Assembly (NCBI GenBank): GCA_963831235.1
Contig: CAWHPS010000038.1
Span: forward strand, 75,104-107,103
Length of the DNA: 32,000 nucleotides
Direction of reading: 5' to 3'
Origin: an uncultured Fibrobacterota bacterium
Lineage (GTDB): Bacteria; Fibrobacterota; OXYB2-FULL-49-7; JAEUSG01
Below, one piece after another: positions 26,664 through 32,000 of the stretch (its first letter is position 1; each line of letters opens with the position of its first letter). The notes below the pieces were generated by a model, which ran no database searches, was not told where the DNA came from, and worked only from the letters and a program-made list of their open reading frames with translations. The position numbers and the translations under genes are program-made.

Positions 26664-29285
26664 ATGTTTTATCTGATTCAACTGCTGATTGCTCTAAGTG
26701 CGGCAGTGCTCTTTGCTCAATCCGAAACACCCTGGCTTGATCCGGCGACATATATGCCAAAAGCAATGGACTGCATTGCAACAGATGCCATGATTGCGGA
26801 TTATTCAGATTATTGCCACGGTAAAAAGACATATACTGTCCGTCAAACCAACAATGGTTCGGACCCGGTAATAGACGGTATTCTTGAGGACAGCATTTGG
26901 TATTATGCTGATACTCTTCTTATTAATTCATGGGCGGATGCTGGTACGCAAGCATGTGGAGACAATCCGAGATTCAAAGGGCCTCAGGATCTGCATGCAA
27001 TCTGGCGTTTCTGTTATAATCAAAATGCATTTTACCTAAGTTGCGAAACGCACGACGATATTTGGGATGTTGACAGCCTTAAAGGCTGGAATGCGCAGGA
27101 CGGAGTTGAACTTGCAATAGATCCATGGGATTGGGGCTATTCCCTGGGCTCTACCATTCCAACCGGTGGTTGGCCAAAGGAGGATTTCCGCCGTTACTGG
27201 TCCAATAACGCCACCATCATTCCCTATCCAGGTGATGCCCAAATGTGCCTTTTACATCTATTCAAGCGTGCCAACACAGAGCAATTTCTGGCCGGATTTA
27301 TACGTGGCACACTTCTTAACAACTACAACCGTGGCGATGAAGGAATAAATTTTACACATGGTCATTCCAATCTTTATGGCCTCGAGTTCGCAGCTCAAAA
27401 ACGCGGGACAGACGAGTGGGGCCGGACGGTTTTTCACTATGAATTCAAGTTTCCTTATACAACGGATTTATGGAAAGAGCTTAAAGGCACTGGTTTCTAC
27501 AATGAAAATAAAATGCCTCAAGGCGGTCAGATGTTCAAGATGAATTTCGCCAACAATGATGATGATGCTCCGGGTCCTGATGGTGTTAATGGTAACACAT
27601 CCTTTCTTATACGCTCAAGGAATTTCAAGAACCAGGATGATCCGTTTGTGAATTATGATGCTCACTGGTCAGATACCCGTTACATGATGACGTTCAAATA
27701 CGGCGGACAGCCTGCTGAAAACATTCATCCCTGGCCAAGGAGTGATATAACGGTGGTTGAACATGGGCATCGCAGTATCTTTGCAACATGGGTAGATGCA
27801 GCCACGGAAACAACCCCTTATGAATTCACCGAAGCCGGAACAAGCATAATTGACAATATTACATATTTCTATGATTCATTAGCAGGGAATGCAAGCCATG
27901 GTCAAATCACGAATGTTAAAGGTGGTGCGGTGATTGGAACCTATAGGGTTGCTCGGCCCAATCTAGAATTTAATTTGAGCGATACTCTTATACTTACAAT
28001 GGGTGGCACAACTTACACACTTTTACGAAGAATCAATACAGGGTGGGATCAATTGGAAAAACGCTGGGTAGAGGCACGTATGATATCAACACTTAATGCC
28101 AAATGCAGTACCTTCGACACAACATGGGTCCCGATAAGCGGTGCGAAAGAATATCGCTTTTGTCCACTATCAAAAATCGATAAAGCCAAAGTAACGGATC
28201 CGGAGTATCAGAATTGTACTGATTCGGTCAGAATCTATGACTATGAAAAAGATTCACTTTTATACTCATATTCATATACTCCTACACAAGCAATCGTAGG
28301 TCGTGAAAGAGCTGTCTTTTCAATGAATATAAAAAAGCTTGTTCATGAGTCAGACCCTTCACATCCAAGAGACCCTTACAACCTGATAATCACTTATGAG
28401 AAAGATAATCGAGTTGAAACCCTTTTTGAAATCCAGACATTTCCTACTAATAAATTTAATGCCACTGCAAAAGGGGATCTTGGACGCCTGCAACCTATTT
28501 TCGCAAAGAATGCCTCGGATTCTATCACTAAACTGCTGGTACTGGATAAGTTTGCCGGCAATATCATGTTCTTTCCTGATACGGCTGCTGCAACCCAGGC
28601 TGCTACAAGGGTGTATGGAACATTTTACAAGGACGGGATGGTGCTGTTAACTGATAATTCAAGAAGTAACTTCTGGACAAAGCTATGTAATAGCAAGATC
28701 ATCCTAGATACGAATTACTTGGCAGGCTATGATCCATTAACGCCCGGTTCAGGTACCGTGGTTCCAAAGAGTCCCGATAATATGGTTACACCTGACAGCT
28801 CATGGATTCAAACAGTTACAACAATTGTCCTTAATGCAAAAGCAGGTGTGTATGATACATTCATGATAAAAGACACGTCACAAATAAGCTATTGGGATTA
28901 CAAATTAAACATACCTTTGGATCTTTACAACACCATTGACACCATGACATGTCCTTGGAATAGTATTGAACAGGCTGCTGCAACAGAAGACATAAAGGTT
29001 GTCACAGTCGATAATTATCCCAATCCATTCAACCCATCAACAACCCTTCGTTTTGCAATACCACCGCAAAAAGCTGATGAGCGGTATGCACTCCATATTT
29101 ATAATATCAAGGGTCAGCTTGTACGCATACTTGAAAAGGGTGTGGTTGGGAATAGAGGTCTCATCCGCAAAGTCTTATGGGATGGCACTGACAATCTCGG
29201 CATGGCTGTTGGTGCAGGTATATATTATTACAGACTGAATGTTGGAACAAAAGTAAGAAAAGGCTGTATGGTATTTGTAAAGTAG
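26664..29285 (+). CDS. Large secreted protein with CBM9-like sugar-binding domain and Por/T9SS/FlgD-like C-terminal tail (start chosen at ATG after GGAGG)
   Basis: N-terminal signal 'MFYLIQLLIALSAAVLFAQS'; CBM9-like 'DPVIDGILEDSIWYYADTLLI...DLHAIWRFCYNQNAFYLSCETHDDIWD...QDGVELAIDP'; C-terminus 'VDNYPNPFNPSTTLRFAIPPQ...VLWDGTDNLGMAVGAGIYYYRLNVGTKVRKGCMVFVK'. The ORF track starts at 26619. Confidence 0.85.
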   Translation: MFYLIQLLIALSAAVLFAQSETPWLDPATYMPKAMDCIATDAMIADYSDYCHGKKTYTVRQTNNGSDPVIDGILEDSIWYYADTLLINSWADAGTQACGDNPRFKGPQDLHAIWRFCYNQNAFYLSCETHDDIWDVDSLKGWNAQDGVELAIDPWDWGYSLGSTIPTGGWPKEDFRRYWSNNATIIPYPGDAQMCLLHLFKRANTEQFLAGFIRGTLLNNYNRGDEGINFTHGHSNLYGLEFAAQKRGTDEWGRTVFHYEFKFPYTTDLWKELKGTGFYNENKMPQGGQMFKMNFANNDDDAPGPDGVNGNTSFLIRSRNFKNQDDPFVNYDAHWSDTRYMMTFKYGGQPAENIHPWPRSDITVVEHGHRSIFATWVDAATETTPYEFTEAGTSIIDNITYFYDSLAGNASHGQITNVKGGAVIGTYRVARPNLEFNLSDTLILTMGGTTYTLLRRINTGWDQLEKRWVEARMISTLNAKCSTFDTTWVPISGAKEYRFCPLSKIDKAKVTDPEYQNCTDSVRIYDYEKDSLLYSYSYTPTQAIVGRERAVFSMNIKKLVHESDPSHPRDPYNLIITYEKDNRVETLFEIQTFPTNKFNATAKGDLGRLQPIFAKNASDSITKLLVLDKFAGNIMFFPDTAAATQAATRVYGTFYKDGMVLLTDNSRSNFWTKLCNSKIILDTNYLAGYDPLTPGSGTVVPKSPDNMVTPDSSWIQTVTTIVLNAKAGVYDTFMIKDTSQISYWDYKLNIPLDLYNTIDTMTCPWNSIEQAAATEDIKVVTVDNYPNPFNPSTTLRFAIPPQKADERYALHIYNIKGQLVRILEKGVVGNRGLIRKVLWDGTDNLGMAVGAGIYYYRLNVGTKVRKGCMVFVK

Positions 29286-29313
29286 TTTTTACTGTCCTTT
29301 AGCGTCAGCTTCA

Positions 29314-29353
29314 AAATCCCATTTCCCCTTAAAGGGAAATGGGATTTATTTTT
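29314..29353 (+). terminator. Rho-independent terminator
   Basis: AAATCCCATTTCCC-CTTAAA-GGGAAATGGGATTT, a 14-bp perfect stem, followed by ATTTTTG about 30 nt after the stop codon. Confidence 0.8.
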
Positions 29354-29417
29354 GGCGCGTCGCGTGTTTTAGTGGGTACGCACAACCAATTGTATTTAAG
29401 AAGCTTAACACAATGGA

Positions 29418-29566
29418 AACCCATCCCCCCAACCCCCTTCCCTTTTTCTTAAGGGAAAAATGGAAGGGGGAGTAAAGATTAAAAACAAATATGGATATTT
29501 TTTTACATCTTTCAGAACCCTTCCCTTTTTCCCCCAAGAAAAAGGGAAGGGCAGGGATGGGTTTGG
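29418..29566. repeat. Composite inverted-repeat (MITE-like) element
   Basis: Left arm AACCCATCCCCCCAACCCCCTTCCCTTTTTCTT. Right arm AAGAAAAAGGGAAGGGCAGGGATGGGTT has reverse complement AACCCATCCCTGCCCTTCCCTTTTTCTT, matching the left arm apart from a small indel and mismatch. Each end also folds on itself. Confidence 0.7.
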
Positions 29567-29702
29567 TAATTTGATAAATGGTTTTATCCAACATATAGTA
29601 GGTATCCATGAAAAAGCACGATGCCCCTCATTTTTTAGTACCAGCCTTGAATTCACTTCATCTATAGGAGTATTTTTCCATCTGTTTTTTAAGAAGGCCT
29701 TT

Positions 29703-30368
29703 ATGGAAAAAACTTTGATAATAATACCTGCTTATAATTGCGCTTCAGTATTGACCGGATTAATAAATAGAATAAAAGCCCAAACGGATTGTGATATCCT
29801 GATAGTTGATGATGGGTCAAAAGATAATACACAGGAAATTCTTTCATCATTGCAGGTATTGGCATGCCGACATGAAGGAAATTTGGGTAAAGGCGCTGCG
29901 CTTCAAACAGGGTTTGATTTTGCGAGAGAAAAGGCATATATCAATGTTATAACCATGGATGCGGATGGACAGCACGACCCCGATGACCTTGGGATTTTTT
30001 TCAAGTACGATGCTGATATGGTGCTTGGAAAACGCACCTTTAGGCTCGGTATAATGCCTGTTGCAAGAATCATGTCCAATATCATGACAAGTTTAATCCT
30101 GTCCATCATTACAGGCAAAAAGGTGAGCGACAGCCAATGCGGATATCGTAAAATAAGGCTTGCGAATCTTAATTCATTTCATCCTCGTTTTAGCGGGTTC
30201 CAGTATGAGACGGAAATTCTTCTTCATATTTTAAAACGCAGAAAAGGTTCGGTTGTGAATGTTCCGATTAAAACCATTTATAAGGATGAAAAAAGCAATA
30301 TCCGCCATTTTCATGATACGTTTCAATTCATTGCCGTTGTATGGAGATACCTATGGATTTCCGGATAG
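29703..30368 (+). CDS. Glycosyltransferase family 2
   Basis: 'TLIIIPAYNCASVLTGLINRIKAQTDCDILIVDDGSKDNTQEIL' and 'INVITMDADGQHDPDDL'. The in-frame ATG at 29703 gives a canonical N-terminus; the listed ORF start 29460 lies inside the inverted-repeat element. Confidence 0.92.
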   Translation: MEKTLIIIPAYNCASVLTGLINRIKAQTDCDILIVDDGSKDNTQEILSSLQVLACRHEGNLGKGAALQTGFDFAREKAYINVITMDADGQHDPDDLGIFFKYDADMVLGKRTFRLGIMPVARIMSNIMTSLILSIITGKKVSDSQCGYRKIRLANLNSFHPRFSGFQYETEILLHILKRRKGSVVNVPIKTIYKDEKSNIRHFHDTFQFIAVVWRYLWISG

Positions 30369-31000
30369 CACGCCAGAACATGGTCAGAAGCCAGATAACA
30401 GGGCGTGGTATAAGAGACACTCGTATTATTGCAGCGCTTATTGAGGTTCCACGCCATCTTTTTGTTGATCCTGGAATGCAATCCTCGGCATATTCGGATA
30501 ATGCACTGCCAATTTATCAGGGGCAGACTATTTCCCAGCCGTATATGGTTGCAATTATGACGGAACAGCTTGATGTTAAAACATCCGATAAAATACTTGA
30601 AATAGGCACGGGTTCGGGTTATCAGGCGGCAATTCTGTCCAGATTATCAAAGCAGGTGTATTCAATCGAACGTCATCCGGAACTTGCAGAGAGGGCACTG
30701 AAAAATCTTGCAGCAGCCGGCATAGAGAACGTAAAGATATTCTGCGGTGATGGAACACTCGGATGGCCTGAAGAGGCCCCGTTTGACAAAATAATAATTA
30801 CAGCCGGGGCGCCTTCAATACCGCAGACTCTTATGGATCAACTCTCAGAAGGTGGCAGAATGGTCATTCCGGTGGGTAACAGGCATATTCAATCACTCCA
30901 GGTTGTTGACAAAATAAACAACAAACCGGAAGTCAGGCAAAGCATTGATTGCGTTTTTGTGCCACTAGTGGGCAAACAAGGTTGGAGTGATGTCACCTGA
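30341..31000 (+). CDS. pcm: Protein-L-isoaspartate O-methyltransferase
   Basis: 'ARQNMVRSQITGRGIRDTRIIAALIEVPRHLFV', 'AYSDNALPIYQGQTISQPYMVAIMTEQL', 'ILEIGTGSGYQAAILSRLSKQVYSIE'. Overlaps the end of GT2. Confidence 0.95.
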   Translation: MEIPMDFRIARQNMVRSQITGRGIRDTRIIAALIEVPRHLFVDPGMQSSAYSDNALPIYQGQTISQPYMVAIMTEQLDVKTSDKILEIGTGSGYQAAILSRLSKQVYSIERHPELAERALKNLAAAGIENVKIFCGDGTLGWPEEAPFDKIIITAGAPSIPQTLMDQLSEGGRMVIPVGNRHIQSLQVVDKINNKPEVRQSIDCVFVPLVGKQGWSDVT

Positions 31001-31784
31001 CATGAAGAACGTTTATGTGCATTTCTTCTTCAAAACGCTGCCTGTATTTGAGCGGGCTGTATAGGTTGAAATCCACGTTCTTCAGGAATTCCCAGGGTCC
31101 GGTATTGCGGATATTATCCACAAGCGACTGAATCTGTTCTTGTGATTTGTATTTCAGGATGGCCTCAAGTTTTTTCTCGAAGAGTGCCTCTGGCGCGCGT
31201 ATGCGCACATTGGGAGGAGAGGAAAAATCACAATACACAGCCACTTCATGTATGTATGGGGTTTTCAGCAGCGCAGGCCCTAATTCAGGCCAGACATTTC
31301 CTATGGAGTGAAAAACACTTATCATGAATTCATTATATGTGATTTTGTGATCAGGGTGAAGGTCATTTTGTGTGGGCAGGAAGCATTGGGTTGGTTTTAT
31401 CCTGCGAAGGGCGAGCGTGAAGGCATTCTGAAGACCTGTAAATCCATGGTAGATCAGGTGGGCCGGATCGTATGAGTAAACACCACGCCTTCCAAGATAA
31501 CTTGTAAGGCTGTTATCCGGAAAATTCAGGAATAGTACATATTCCTTTGGAACGCCCAATTGCTCGTAGCATTCGAGGGTCTCTGCCTTGCGTATTTGCG
31601 AAATGGTCGCCTTGTCTTCCTCTTTGCAGTAACCTTGACTTCCGTCCGTAACAATCATGACATAAACAGGGATTCCTTCGGCCCTGGCATGCTGTATGAA
31701 TAATCCCGCGCCGAGGGCCACATCATCATCATGTGGACTTACGAAAAGAAAGCATTCGCGATCCTTGTCAAAATGGCGCGACAC
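30993..31784 (-). CDS. PIG-L family deacetylase
   Basis: 'FLFVSPHDDDVALGAGLFIQHARAEGIPVYVMIVTDG' and 'FLPTQNDLHPDHKITYN', the conserved PIG-L/LmbE motifs. Confidence 0.92.
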   Translation of the reverse strand: MSRHFDKDRECFLFVSPHDDDVALGAGLFIQHARAEGIPVYVMIVTDGSQGYCKEEDKATISQIRKAETLECYEQLGVPKEYVLFLNFPDNSLTSYLGRRGVYSYDPAHLIYHGFTGLQNAFTLALRRIKPTQCFLPTQNDLHPDHKITYNEFMISVFHSIGNVWPELGPALLKTPYIHEVAVYCDFSSPPNVRIRAPEALFEKKLEAILKYKSQEQIQSLVDNIRNTGPWEFLKNVDFNLYSPLKYRQRFEEEMHINVLHVR

Positions 31785-31886
31785 GCTTTTAAGCGAAGGA
31801 CCGAACGCGTCTTTCCTCGCCGATTAGCCTTATGAATTCAAATTCGTTTACCATTGGATATTCCTTCATAATTAAATTGCATCGGA

Positions 31887-32000
31887 TTAAAGCATCTCAG
31901 CAATCTGGATTGCATTAAGTGCTGCGCCTTTTCTAATTTGATCCCCCACACAGAAAAGATCAAGAGTTCTTTCCCGTGACTGGTCGCGGCGAAGGCGCCC
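31887..32000 (-). CDS. asd: Aspartate-semialdehyde dehydrogenase, C-terminal fragment (truncated by window edge)
   Basis: Minus-strand translation [37 protein letters not shown] matches the conserved Asd C-terminus (V-G/S-D[15 protein letters not shown]). Confidence 0.88.
   Translation of the reverse strand, partial: GRLRRDQSRERTLDLFCVGDQIRKGAALNAIQIAEML

Noticed and set aside
29460-29702. Extended N-terminus of the GT2 ORF (MEGGVKIKNKYGYFFTSFRTLPFFPQEKGKG...)
   Set aside because: The extension is translated from the inverted-repeat element. The conserved GT2 start MEKTLIIIPAYN lies at 29703.

Overview
The window reads as a chromosomal segment of a Gram-negative bacterium. The taxon is unresolved; the Por/T9SS-like C-terminal tails and envelope genes suggest a Fibrobacterota/Chitinivibrionia- or Bacteroidota-like lineage, which is inference only. 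Both edges cut genes: a large Ig-like/FlgD-tail surface protein on the left and the aspartate-semialdehyde dehydrogenase C-terminus (minus strand) on the right. The left flank (1-9.1 kb) carries envelope and housekeeping genes: YbgF-like and BamD-like TPR lipoproteins, nadD, a CDF metal transporter, a TonB-like membrane-anchored protein, a DUF4159-like protein with a FlgD-like insert, and a PEGA protein. At 9.1-12.9 kb there is a tightly coupled operon: ECF sigma factor, zinc-finger/TM/FecR/TPR anti-sigma, and a FN3-LamG lipoprotein. From 12.9 to 25.7 kb lies an apparently AT-richer accessory region with LamG proteins, some with internal duplications, several Por/T9SS-like secreted proteins, an orphan methyltransferase, and a minus-strand operon (GT9, methyltransferase, B12-binding radical SAM). 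A MazEF-like toxin-antitoxin pair, a large CBM9-like secreted protein, GT2, pcm and a PIG-L deacetylase follow. Notable non-coding structure includes a nested palindromic element at 5.67-5.83 kb, a second composite inverted-repeat element at 29.42-29.57 kb, and a GC-rich palindromic insertion apparently in frame inside the anti-sigma gene. An 18-bp perfect palindrome containing the BlaI/CopY-type core TACAnnTGTA is also present. The best candidate for something unusual is the sigma/FecR-TPR/LamG surface-signalling locus next to a diversified LamG secretome. No defence, CRISPR or retron system could be supported.
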